This document shows positions 31,297 to 44,820 of a stretch of 64,000 nt of DNA, piece after piece (positions within the stretch are counted from its first letter, which is position 1; every line of letters starts with the position of its first letter). A program made the translations under genes and the position numbers. This stretch comes from Mytilus californianus. Lineage: Eukaryota. Under the pieces are notes generated by a model. That model worked only from the letters and a program-made list of their open reading frames with translations, searched no databases and had not been told where the DNA came from. The stretch covers positions 47,616,001-47,680,000 of the forward strand of contig NW_026262593.1 of assembly GCF_021869535.1 (NCBI RefSeq), written 5' to 3'.

Positions 31297-34200
31297 ATTT
31301 AAAATGAAACTAAATAAAGCCCCAGGAATTGATGGCTTAAGTGTAGAATTTTATAGAACTTTTTGGGAACATCTTAAAGAGTTTGCAGTCAAAACTTTTA
31401 ATTTCTCATTTGATAAAGGGGAGTTAACAAATTCACAAAAATGAGGAGTTATTTCCCTTTTACATCACAAAAATGATCCTCTCAGTTTAGACAATTATAG
31501 ACCAATAACATTATTGAATGTTGACGCAAAATTAGTTGCTTATTCACTTGCTCAAAGAATCATCAAAATATTACCCCAAATTATTCATGGAGATCAAAAT
31601 GGGAATGTTAAAAACAGATATATAGGATATAATATTAGACAAATTCAAGATGTCATAGATTATGCAGACAAATTTGATATAGAGGGCGCTTTATTATTCT
31701 TAGATTTTTCAAAGGCATTCGATTCATTAGAGTGGGATTTTATGTTCTTTGCTTTACAAAAATTTGGATTTAAAAATTCTATGATGAGATGGATAAAACT
31801 TTTATATTCTGACATAAAAAGTTCAGTTTTAAATAATGGGTGGATTTCAAAACCCATGAGTATATATCGTGGAATACGTCAAGGCTGTCCATGTAGTGCT
31901 TTAATTTTTGTTATTGCTGTGGAGATTCTAGCTTGTAAAATTAGGCAAGACCATAACCTTAAAGGATTTGAAATCAAGATAGATGGAAAAACCCATACTT
32001 TAAAAATAAGTCAGCTAGCAGATGACACCACTCTTTTTCTCAAATCAAAACAAGATATTTCAAAAGCTCTTAACATGATTGAAACATTTGGTTCACTGTC
32101 AGGATTAAAACTTAACAGATCTAAAACGGAGGGTATTTGGCTAGGGAAACAAAAACATTGTAAAAAAATATGAAAATATTAACTTTACAGATAAACCAGT
32201 TAAAAGTCTGGGGATATATTTTGGGCATAACAAAGAAGAGTGTCATAAACTAAGTTTTGAAAAACAGCTAAAAAAGTTTGTAAAAATAATATCTCATTGG
32301 AAAAAAAGAAACCTAACCATGATAGGAAGAATAACAGTTATTAAATCTTTAGTTATTCCTATAATTACTTATTTAGCTACAGTCTCAACCTTGGGCAAAG
32401 AGTATTTAGATAAATTTAAAAAAATTATATATGAATTTCTATGGAACAATAAGACAGAAAAGTTAAACGCACTGTATTAAGCTACAACCAACTACATGGC
32501 GAATTAAAAATGGTAAATATAGATAAATATATAGAATCTATTCAGATAGGTTAGATAAAAAGATTAACTGCTGATAAATTTCTTAATTGGATGGTTATAC
32601 CAAAATTTTATCTAAATAAATTTGGTAGCAATCTACTTATCTTAAGAATGAATACTTATAATATATACTCGCTACCAGGTACGAAAGAGCTACCAGAATT
32701 TTATCTTGATATGATTAAAGTATGGTTAAAAAATAAAAATAATAAAACTAAACATCCAAATAATTACAGACTTATCCGCCAAGAAGTCATTTGGGGAAAT
32801 CAATTGATCAAATTTCAAAAGAAACCACTACTTTTCCAAAACTGGATAGATGGCAATATCATTCATATAAATGATATTATTGATGAAAATGGAGTCTTTT
32901 CAGAAAAAATTATAAGTTTAAAATTAAAGAATAAATCGAATTGGATAACTGAATTCTCAAAATTAAGAACAGCAATCCCAAAAGAATGGTTAAAAATATT
33001 GAATGAAGAAAGTTCAATAAAAACTAGTGTTTTAACAAATAACTCACTATATATAAGTGAAAAAAATATTTGCAAACATAAACTAGAAAAATTAGATTCG
33101 AAGAAAATTTATACAATTTTAATAGAATATGATAAAGAAATTCCAATAGGGTATCATAAGTGGAACAGAATATTAAAATGTGAAAATATACAAAGTGAAG
33201 CTCAATATATGCAAAAATTTATTCATAACTATTTAAAAGATAATAAACTGAAAATGTGCTGATGGAAACTATTACACTTTATTCTTCCAAACAAAGTTTT
33301 GTTAAAACAATGGAAAATAAGACATAACTCTACCTGTAATTTTTGTAACCTTACAGAAGACTATGATCATTTTTTTGTAACGTGCCACTTTTAGATGAGT
33401 TTTAGGAGGAAATATATAAGTTATTTGAAATAGCTAAGATTGGTAGACACATTTTCACTGAAAAAAAATTAATCTGGGGATATAAAATTAATGATGAACA
33501 TTATTATGAAATAAACTTTTTACTTACAGTTATTGTGTTCACTAAACACAAAATACACTATTTGTCAGAATATAGGACAAACAATATCAATCTATATAAT
33601 GTTTTTAGGTCAGAATTTAAAAAAGGATTATTATTACAAAAAAAATATATTAATATTGAAGGAAAAGGGATACTAGAAAAGATATATTCTTATATTTGAC
33701 AACATTGTTATATTATAGGCAATATTGTTATTATATATGTATTTTACATAACGGTTTGATAGATGATTATTTCATTTTACAATTTCAATGAGTTTTGAAA
33801 GTGAAAGTACCTCTTATTTCTTCCACAAATTTATATACTGTAATTTTAGATTATACGGAAGATATACAAATTATGCTTACTATATGAGACCAAAATTTTT
33901 TTTGTGTACATACCTTCCGTGCCTAATACAATTATATTTGGGAGACACGTGGTGAAAGCAATTAATCCACACAAAAATACAACAACTGAAAAACCGTTAT
34001 ACCGGACAACAGAGAAATATATTAAACCACAAACCAAATTCCGAACACGCTAAGATAACCCGTTATTCTGTTTTATTCTCAACATCTATCAGATAGTAAC
34101 AATTGATTGTATATTAAAGAAAACTGTTTTTTTTTACTATATATATAAAGTTCATATTCAGAGATATAATAGTAAAATAATAGAGAAATAATGTATTAAT

Positions 34201-34371
34201 GATAAACAATGTATTAAAGACATATAATATACATACTAACAAAATTATAAATATATACCTGAAGATACCCTGGTCTTAAGGTACTAATATACAGGGATCT
34301 CCACTGAAATAACTGTACCAGTGAAGAAATCTGTTAACAGCATGTGCAATATTGTTGTTGAATAAAAAAAA
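31297..34371 (+). mobile_element. 5'-truncated L1/Tx1-clade LINE (RT plus C-terminal zinc knuckle), disabled
   Basis: Motifs KAPGIDG, DNYRPITLLN, DFSKAFD, GIRQGCP, LADD (32015-32026) and CNFC...HFFVTC (33335-33385). In-frame stop at 31442 plus further stops and frameshifts. A-tail at ~34361-34371 and 12-bp TSD AATATTTTAAGT (31285-31296 / 34372-34383). Confidence 0.92.
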
Positions 34372-37300
34372 AATATTTTAAGTTTCATTGCTGATATCTG
34401 ATAGATATTTTTGATATATTTATAAAATTACTACAAAACTCCATTTTTAAGTAGCCATTGCAGTGGAATTGTTTCCGTTGGCGGTATAATTAAAAGTAAT
34501 TTTTGAAAAACTTCAAAACCTATGTTAAGAATATTATTTATATTTAAAGTATATCTACCACAACAATTATACGAGATGTATCCTGTCTTTCTATCTTTGT
34601 TGTCACAATCAGAACAGATGTACACAATGTATATTAAAGAAAATATAGTGAATAATTTGTCATGTATCAATTTATAAAATTTGTAGATATATGTGTTACC
34701 TCATTTTATAGGCCAAACCAGGCCCTTAAACGTTTGTTAAAGCATCTACTACAGTAACTTTGATATTTTTAAAACTGTACATACACGATGAAAGTAATAT
34801 GGAATAGCGTTGTCCCTTTTGCTACGCTATGGTATTAACTTCGACACATTATAAAAGGAGATGATTGGCCAAAATTATGAACATTTACAACTTCACAAAC
34901 TAAATATTCGAGCTCCAACGATGAGTTCTGTGTTGTTGAACGATTGTCTAGCATACCTAATTACAAGTCTGGTACCTTTGGTGCATATTTACAATAATTT
35001 GGTCGATGCCACTGGTTGTGGATTTTTTTGTTTTGTTTGTTTAGCAGGAAGACTTTTTTTATATATAGGAAGGATGATATTAAAGTCAAATTATCTTCTA
35101 CTACGATGCCTTAATCCAAATATTTGAATATCAAAAGGGAAAACATCATTAAATAGCAATTAAAATAAAATATCATTAGAATGGTGCAGAAATAGATAGG
35201 GAACAGTTGTTGGACAACAATTTTTACATCCTATTACAAACTATAAATTTTAAATGTATGGCATCATTCAGAATTTTCACATTCGTTCATACATACTTTT
35301 AAATGTCAAATTCTTTTCACCAACTTTCAAGCCTGTAATAAATGACCAAAGGACCAAAAATATAACGTACTTAGGAATTAAATCTTAGAGCATACATTAC
35401 TAAATTAAAACGATTACACGTAGTAAGGTTTAGTATACACAGCAAGAGTAGATACCATCTTGTACTAGTGTCTCGTCAAATCTTTACGTGTAAGACATTT
35501 TACAAATAATTGGATATATGAAGACTTGTCTCTAGACCCTTGACAATACAGCGCCAGTTACTAATGATTTGGCTACCAACCCATTTGACCATAAATTTAC
35601 CACTAGAAGACTTTTTCTTATGGTTGCTTTGGTGAGTCTTGCTGATGTTTTTAGAAATATCCTTTTTTATTCCATAAGGGATTATCATAAAATGGTTTCC
35701 TACTCGGCAGTTGATAATGTAAGCCTACATCTGTCTCCTCCAATACAATTATAACTATTTTGTAAGAGTGCTAATCTCTTAATCTCACAATAATTTTCGT
35801 GTTGTTCGAATAAAAGTTGGACATCGGAAGAAAATACTCAAATTCACTCTTTAGTTTGTTAATAATTGTCGGTCCATTCGCCCTGTCCCAAATATTACAG
35901 CTTTAATGAATGTTTTTTCTTATAGACATTAAGTATTAAAGATAGTCACAAGACAAACATTTGTACCTGTAAAGACGTAAATAACATAATATATTCAATT
36001 CTACACAAAGGGATTCTAAAAAATATAACTTTAAAAGATTTATTGAATGATGGTTGTTTTACAATTCTCGTGTAATACAACAAGCGCATTAAGCATATCT
36101 GTGTTAAAATGAATTTTCATTGAGATGATTATAATTATAAATCTTGAACTGTTTAAAAAATTCATAATTTTTAGGATTTTCTACTCCAGGAATAGATTAT
36201 TATATCCGTATTTGGCAAACACGTTCAGACTTTGGGATCCTCAATGCTCTTCAAATTCGTAATTTTTTGCCTTTTCAACTTATTTTTTTCGAGCGTCACT
36301 GATGAGTCTTTTTTAGACGAAAAGCGCGTATAGCCTAAAAAAATTTAAGCCTGTTATTTATGGGGCTTTTTTTAAGGATGATAGTTAATTAAAGTTAACT
36401 CTTTGCACTCAACAGTCATAACTGTCAGATTCTTAAAGCATTAATTATATGGTAACAGTCCACAAAACTCATTATTATAATTCCAAAGTAGAGCCAGTCG
36501 GTGTTTGAGCATACAGTATTGTTTATAGCCTTTGGTTTGGCCTTACAGGAGAATCAATCCATGATATCATGTCAGCACACTACTACAAGAATGCTATGAT
36601 CAGTTTTCTGTTATGAATTTTTACAACCACTTGGTTGATGCCACTGTTGATAGACGTTTCGCCTGAGAGGTTTTCACCAGCCAATTAGTCAGTACTACAT
36701 TTAGGGTGTTTACATGAATTTGCGTTGATAGTAATTTTCTGTAAATTTACTGATACATTTTAAACTATTCGAAACACTAAGATCCTTTCTACTCCCAGGC
36801 ATAGACGACCTTAGCTATATTTGGCATAGAGGTTTTGTAATGCTACAAGACATATGAATGGTTTACGTTAAGGATATTTGGACCATAATATTGGTTACTT
36901 TATCACAATCAAGTTTGATAAACAGATCCAAAGTCTACATCGAAAGTAATGACATTAACTTATACTTGTATAGATCTGTTTGATGTTAAGAATGAGTATT
37001 TATTGTAAACATCCCTAAAAATGAGACAATGTTCTGTAATCTTCAAGTTCATAAAATATGTTTTATTCATAGAAGAAAACTTATACATTGTGTTTTTTTC
37101 TTAATAATTGTTGTCAACTATCTGGCAAATGGATAACTTTATGAAAATTGATGTAAAGCTCTTTAATAATCTTAGTTGAAGTCCATGGGTTTAAGCGAAA
37201 AACCTTGATAAAGGGAGTACCCAAAACGTTGAATAAATTAGATTTAGCTCGTTTATATTTCAAAAACTTTTTGTCAAAATGTTTACTTCGACTTGTTGAA

Positions 37301-38264
37301 ACAAAATATATAAATTTCAAGAAATTTGTATCACACTATTTACATGAATCATTTCATTGGATATATAGCAGTTTGACAAACACTGATTTTGATCATTGAG
37401 AAGCTTGATTTCTCTTTACTAATAGTATGTGATTGAACCGTTCAGCTGATTTTTAAAAGTTAACTCTCTTAGGTGTTTTGTGTCCCTTTAAGCTAAGTTC
37501 AACCTGTGTTAGTTTTAGTTTTACAGCTATTTATTGTTATATTTTTTATTTGATCAAATATCTGAAAGACAATTTGGTAAATGATGAATGGCATACACAT
37601 TCATCCTTAAACATTTCCATGACAATTAAAATATTAACAAGAAGGAAATATTACTTAATTTTAATGTTTACTTCTCATTTCATAAAACCTACTCTTAAAA
37701 TGTGATGAGCACGCACAGTAAAAAAGAGAGATTGCAGACTATGGCGATAACAAATCTGATTACATCTGATAACTTAAAATTTACTTAAAGCAACTATGTT
37801 TAATATATGGATACCTTTATCAAGAAAAGGAATAGCTGGAAAACGTTATATCCTTATTAATGATTGGTTCAATAAAGGCAATAACACTCATATAACATGT
37901 ATAAACAGTAGAAATACAGTTGCTTAAAACGATAATTTGAAAAAGTGGTAACCCCAAACAAACCTTTTATTCGATTCATATTTTTTTTTAAAGCATATGA
38001 ACTTCATTAATTTAAACAGTTCAATAAACCACACAAAACAAAATTCAATCCTGTTAAATCAAAAATCTTCTAGATGTAATATTATTGGAAAAATTGGTCC
38101 CAGATAGTTTTTGTAAAAATAAATACTTCCATTTAAAATTTGAACAGTATTATGTGCATGCAGCATTTCCTGAATTCATAATAATTATTCTTTCATGTTT
38201 ATCCTTGTTCAACAACCGCAATAATAAATGCAGGCAGAAATTTCTGAATTTCAGTAGTCCGTAT

Positions 38265-38660
38265 AATTGATTGTTGCTTGCTTAACGTCCAGTGGTAAAT
38301 ATTTCAGTTATGTTCGAACAGGAACAAATTAACAATTAATACAATAGGTAGGTCCTACAAAATAAGGATCGACTGGGATAAAAGGCGAAAAATTGGACTG
38401 CCAAAGAAAAATGAAGGTATGTTGCAAACAGGAGACCTACTGAACCTTGGGAGAATTGTTCCATATGTTCTTTAACGTGCAGAGTACTTGACACATTCGG
38501 TATGTATGACCTCGGATTAAACGTCTATCTGGCGACCTGCCGTGGCGGCATTTTTTTTTACATCCTACGCAGCCAAACGGACGTCCCACTTTGGCATGGG
38601 TTTTACTGCTAATCGGAAGAAGATAAAGTGACCATATTACTATACCTCAGTCACCTTTAG
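38265..38660 (-). mobile_element. SINE-like dispersed repeat family E, second copy
   Basis: Colinear with 29835-30268. Confidence 0.55.
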
Positions 38661-38941
38661 TGTTAGTGCTACCAAAGAACAAATGAATAATACAATTAAA
38701 AAGATATAGGAGATATCATTTATTAAAACATGCACATTCTGAAAAGACTCATTTTATTACATGTATACTATTTTCAATGCTATTGTCATAGATTTTTATT
38801 TTATGATGTTAAATACACTCAAATGCCAAATAGGATCTTGTCATTATTAAAAATAAGTTGTTTTCAAGAAGTTGATTTTAACATTTAGCAATAAACATAC
38901 TTTGCCTAAGGCTCGTTTTTCAACTTGTTTTTTTTTTTTAT

Positions 38942-38965
38942 GGGGGGGGGGGGGGGGGGGGGGGG
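38942..38965 (+). repeat. G24 homopolymer
   Basis: Read directly; preceded by a T-run. Confidence 0.9.
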
Positions 38966-41807
38966 TAAACAAGCAAATTCTACATTTTCTAATAACTGAA
39001 CTTAACTGTGCATTAGAGAAAGGTAAACCATTCTAAGATATATAAAGATATATTTATTTAATATAAACATGTGACAATTCTTGTCAAACAACATATGCAC
39101 CAAATAACCATAGAAAAATATATAAAAAAAACATGTCACACTCATTTTAGGTAGCACAATACAAAGGAACAACATGTGCTAAAATCGGGCATATAGGGGC
39201 ACCCATGTAGGAGCTAATTTCATTTAAAACTACATGTTCTTGACAAAAATGTATGTGTCACAATTGAATAAATAAGGATTTTCCTATTGGAACCTCATTA
39301 ATTTCAATATAATTCACACATGTACCATGGGGATACTTCAGGATTGGCCTTTAATAATTTATCAATTAGGTTTTGACCAGTAAGAAAGCATTCCATTTCA
39401 GCAATTCTAAATATATATAAAGAAAATGCACACCCTATGCAACAAAAATCAGATCTGGCGGGAGAATTTATATCATTATTGACCTTGCTGCAAGTCAGTT
39501 GCTACTGATATGGTCAAAACTCCGCCCACCTGGATACACATCAACTATGAATGATCTCAGAAGTTTAATTAAACATTGCATTTGCTTTTTTTTAATTTGG
39601 TTTTATTCATTTAGTACATAAAACAATATTTTTTGTTTTTAACATTTTCACAAAAAGTTAGTTCTGCATGTGTACATAAAATTATCAGTTGGTAAATCTA
39701 GGATTCTTATGGGGGATTTCTAGAATTATAATTGTATACAATGACAATATGGTGTTTTACACAAATTAGAATTTTCTTCTCTATGTAGTTTGAAAATAAA
39801 ATATTTAATTTGTGTTTTCTTTTAAAAAGATTTCATATTTAAACATACTCCTCAAGAAAATCTGATATAACCACCAGCATTAACATCATCAACATTAATT
39901 GTTGTACAATTATATGTGTTTAATATCCATACATTTATATTTTGATTCCCTCTATTGCTCCAACTAGTTGGTTTTTTTTTGGTTTTTTTTCTCCTGGTAG
40001 CTCAAATATAGAAAAGTATTTTTATTTGGAATTCATTATCTTCTTTTTCTATAAATCCCTAATCCAGTACCTCTTTTTCATAACTGTTATTTTCATAGCT
40101 GGTCAGTGGTCATAAAGCTATCAAATGATTCTATTGATTAACCACAAATTACTGCCCCCATTTTCTTATCTTGTATCAGTCAGACACATGCATTTGTTTA
40201 TAAAACTAATTATCATCAAAACTCATTAACAGTGCAAGATATGGAAACATATTTTTCTTCTGTGGTTTTGGAATATTAATAAGTAACAAACACAGCTGAA
40301 AATGAAATTTTGATAAAATTTAGTTGCCTTTGTATTGTGCTATCTTAAGTCTTACTTGAAAAAGTCTAAAGGTAACATGGTCTTTTGCTAGCTATTAAAC
40401 ACTAACTTTACCAACAGGAATCATACTGTATCATTTACAATGTTGAAATACACCCAAATTATTTCTCATCCTCATTCCTATTTTATATTAAGCAATAATG
40501 ATTAATAAAACCACATACATGTATTTATTTTGAAAAAGGGCCAATGATAAATGGCTTGGTGATTGAATTAGATGATCAACATCTACTATTCAGCCTACTA
40601 TATTAAGTGCAGGTTTTTTAATTTTAGAGTAGAGGTTTAGTTTAAACATTCTAAATCTTGTTAAATTGAAATTTGCAATTAAAAATTTAAATAATGTATC
40701 TCCCTCAATCATAGCCCTAGGTTTAGCAAAATATATTGGTCCTTTTTGTTTTTTTATACGCTATATATATTCAACATTTGATTTATATTTTGCATTTTTT
40801 AAATATTTTGGCTTGGAGCATAACTGAAAAGATATTAGTTGGTAAAATATGCAACTGGTTTAAATGTCATGCTAGTACCCAAGTAATGGTTCAATTGCAG
40901 AAAAAGTAGTGTAACCTCTATTAAACAACGAAACAAAAGTAAAATTTATTAAGAAATTTTAATGTTAAAATAATATTGTAATGCAGTTCAGTGCAAAAAT
41001 AATAACATTCAGCTCCTGGCATAAGAAATACAATACAAAGCACAATGCTGAAATAAAATATTTTGATTTCCATAAAGACAGGGCAAGGATAAACAAGTTA
41101 CATTAATGTCAGTTACATATATATGACTACACTTAATTGAAATAATCAAGTATTGACAAAAAATCAGTGGTTTTTAACAATAAAAATATTGTTACATTAC
41201 AAATATCAAAGCAAAACCGTTTCATTTGTTGAAGCAAACCAATTATAATAACAAGTTAAAAAAATTAATATCTTTTTTTTCCTTATTTTTCAACTGCATT
41301 TCGATGTTATTCATCAGGCAAATGTTATTGGCACATCAAAACATGTGTAAAATTCTAAAAATGCTATACATAACTTTAATCAGCAGTTTAAATTTCGGTT
41401 ACCTAATACTTATGTTAAAATCTAATACTCCAAACCATAATAAAAATATTTCTTCATTCTTTCTAACATCTTATCTATTTACAACCTGTTTCGATGTTTA
41501 TACTTTATTTGTTTGCCACTTGAAAAAAACGAAAAGAAAAAAAATCCTAGAAGAAAATGTACAATTTTATATTTTTGTTAGGTCAAAGATATAGAATAAG
41601 TCAACATTTCTTCAAACAACTCAAAACAATCATTTAAATTGTCCTTATTTATCATTTTTATTTCAATGTTCAAAACATTATAGTAAACTTTTGTGGTTTT
41701 ATATACATGATATTATATTCTACACTTATATAGCACAGTTTTTACTAATTATATTTATCAAATTTGTATGATACATTACATAAGACTTTATAAGCAGTAT
41801 AATATTA

Positions 41808-42241
41808 GATTGATTGTTGGTGTTAAAAGCCACTTCCAGTCCTATTGGCTATATTATCCCAGTCAGTTTTAGGGCTATTCCATTAAAATGTATGTGGGAG
41901 GGTAGGAAGGGAAGTTTAATTATTGAATGTGGGTCATGGGTCTTTTTTCAGTATGCATCTATTACCATTATGCAAAATTATCTAAAAAATGGTTCTTGGT
42001 TGTAGGGATATTTTGAAAGTCCCTTCCTACCCTCCCACATACATTTTAATGGAATAGCCCTTATTGGTGGAGAAAGCTAGAGTGCCTGGATAAAACCTTC
42101 AGTAGGAAAACTGCCAATCCTAGTCAATAAGATTGGAGTCTAACACACCTGCCACTTGCTGGGTTCTAACTCACAACCTCACTGTTGACAGGCTAGTGAT
42201 ACAGTAGTTGAACTACTTAGACCCCTCTGCTTCTAAAGCCC
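41808..42241 (-). mobile_element. tRNA-derived SINE interrupted by a MITE
   Basis: Minus-strand head with a B-box-like GTTGTGAGTTAGAACCC and a (CAAT)n tail at 41808. Removing the MITE restores GTCAGTTTTATTGGTGGAG. Confidence 0.65.
41872..42060. mobile_element. PIF/Harbinger-type (Tourist-like) MITE
   Basis: Perfect 41-bp TIR GGGCTATTCCATTAAAATGTATGTGGGAGGGTAGGAAGGGA, with TTA duplicated at 41869-41871 and 42061-42063. Confidence 0.88.
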
Positions 42242-44635
42242 AATATAATATTAGAGATACTATACATATAAGTTGGACACAACTGTTATGCTTACTTTAT
42301 TTTATATTTTAAAAATATTCTTCAATATTTTATATTATCAAACAAGTAAAATAGAATCAGGTGAAATTAAATTACATTAACAACAGGAAAATAAATAAAA
42401 ACAATATAGCTTGCATGCTAATAGAAACATTGTTAGCAAATATTGCTGAACAAATTTCAAAGATTTTCAAATATTCATTATCCATCATTGTCATAAAATT
42501 GAAGAATAAAGATAAATCTTTTAGACTCATTTGATTCTAACAGTAGTAAATGGGACATTTTTCTCTTGAAAAAAAAACCCATTCCTATTGTCATATATTA
42601 CTGTGCATTCACTATTATATACTCATGGACTACTCTTTTCCATGGACTTCATGGACTTTGTTATCAACTAATTTCAAAGAAGTACAAATATCACACAGGC
42701 TTGTATGTAAGTTTTGTCAAAAGCACATAAACAAGTATCCTAATACATACAACTGTTTCTCAATCTGACAATGAAAACTGGTACCCGGGGAAATAATCAA
42801 TTGAGAAAGAATCCAATAACAAGGACCAATGGCAATGATGCAAACTACTGAAAAAAAATGATTAAAATCAATCAAAATTATACATAACAATATGAACCCA
42901 AAATAATATGATAATAATGGGTTCTTCTATTTGCAATATACTAAATTAAAATATTCCACAGATCTGATTAGCATATAACCTTCCCATCAATGACAAAATA
43001 ACCAATCAAGGAGGTAGAAAATATATCTCCCAAACCAGGATATTGCTGTAAAATCAGAAACTTTTGTCATGTTTTTATTATTGCAAAGGAATCAAAATAA
43101 AAATTTGCAATTTAAGATTTGTGACCCCTTCTGTAGTCCTGTGAATTACAACACTTTTAAAGTGCTAAAATACAAAATAAAAATGACCTGCCATTTTGTA
43201 CATATACCAATGGGAAAAGTCTTTCAAAGAAACATTATTTACTGTTTCATTACATTTAAATGTAAATGGAGATTTTGTGGAAAATAAAGCCAAGATCTTT
43301 GCAGAAAATCCACAGACTTTATTAGAGATTTTCAAAACAAAATTTTAAACATAGAATACTCACTTGTTTTATCATGATGTGCTAGCATTTATTGTTTACA
43401 AAAAGTGATAAACAACCTTTTTAATAAAAAAACCTTATGCTGAGCCACTAAAGTGGAGAGCACCCTAGAAGGTGTACTTCAATAGGTCTGTATTTTTACT
43501 TGTTTTAACCAATATCTTTATTTATAAAATTTATTTTAGGGAAATCATTATTAGCACTGCATGCAATAATCCTCTATCTATTAAGCACCAAACTGTCAAA
43601 TATAAGAGTATAGGTAGAAATACTGTGGATGTTCTATAAAATTTCAATATGCTTAGCATTGAAATAACAAAAGGGTACATAGCACTTAAATTTTAAAAGC
43701 ATAATTTCAGCAACATTTTCTGAAGTTGCAATAATTAATTTTGGCTTGATCAGCTCCAACGTTTGTATAAGTTTTGGTTTTTCAAATATATTGGCCTCAT
43801 ACATCACTGAACTTCTGAAGAAACATTTATTGTCTAAATGCATATCTGATGCAGTAAAATTGGTACCATTAATGTTATTAACACCCTTAACTTCGCACTT
43901 AAATGTTGCCTACTTATTTTATCATTACAGTAGTTAAGACTCATGGCTAAATAATTGGTTTCCAGTGCTCCACTTTGTAATTGATTTGATTATTTTCCAA
44001 CAGTTTTGATTCGAGCAACGCTGATGAGTTTTATGTAGACAAATATCTGTTAGCCAGATTTTGCCCAAATCTGGGGAATTTTTTCTTTTCTATGATCTTC
44101 AACTTTGACTGTGGCAGCAAGATGTTTATTCAAATGAAACTAATCTGTTGTACAGTATGGGGTTAAGTGACTGAAAATATAGAAAACAATACCTGGTAAA
44201 ATTCAAACTGAGGACAAGTATACTAAGTAAACATATATCTAACAATAAACATATTTTTTGTCCCGTTTATAGACATAACATACTGTGAGTTTATTCACTC
44301 AAGCCAAACAAGTATATATGTGAATCCTGCCTCATCATGCTTAAGGAAAATTTGGGTAGGTAGGTAAATTAGTTTTATCCTTTTTTTTTAAATATTTTTA
44401 AAAGAAAATTTAGGGAAATACTCTTTTGTTAAACAGTGCTCAACAAAAATTGTCTGAATTTAAACTTTGCTTAACCATAAATGTTCATCAAATGTGTTAG
44501 GGTAGCCATGAAAATTTGGAGTAAGTAGGGAGACAGGAAGCAGAAATATATATTCTTTGACCTTATCAACAACTAATTCATCCTTTCACATCTTCCTCGA
44601 CATGACATTATGATACAATCTTAGGAAAACTTAAT

Positions 44636-44820
44636 TTATGGAGATGGCATGCATTTCAACCTCTCAAACGCTGCCTTTTCTAACTGTTCTCTGTAGTTTG
44701 GATGTGCTAGTTTGATCAGTTCATAAGCTCTTTGTCGTAAATTTTTACCGAACAGGTTGCATATTCCGTATTCTGTCACGATGTAATGAACATGTGCTCT
44801 AGTGGTCACCACACCAGCCC
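44636..44820 (-). CDS. CoA-transferase terminal exon
   Basis: Encodes GAGVVTTRAHVHYIVTEYG...ERLKCMPSP, with TAA at 44636-44638; acceptor AG at 44821-44822. Confidence 0.92.

Noticed and set aside
35500-35850. Minus-strand fragments faintly like a TIR domain (CEIK...IVIIVLEE)
   Set aside because: Needs several frameshifts and the similarity is too weak to support by eye.
38930-38965. T-run plus G24 tract as a functional element
   Set aside because: Isolated intergenic homopolymer whose length is unreliable in assemblies; no supporting context.
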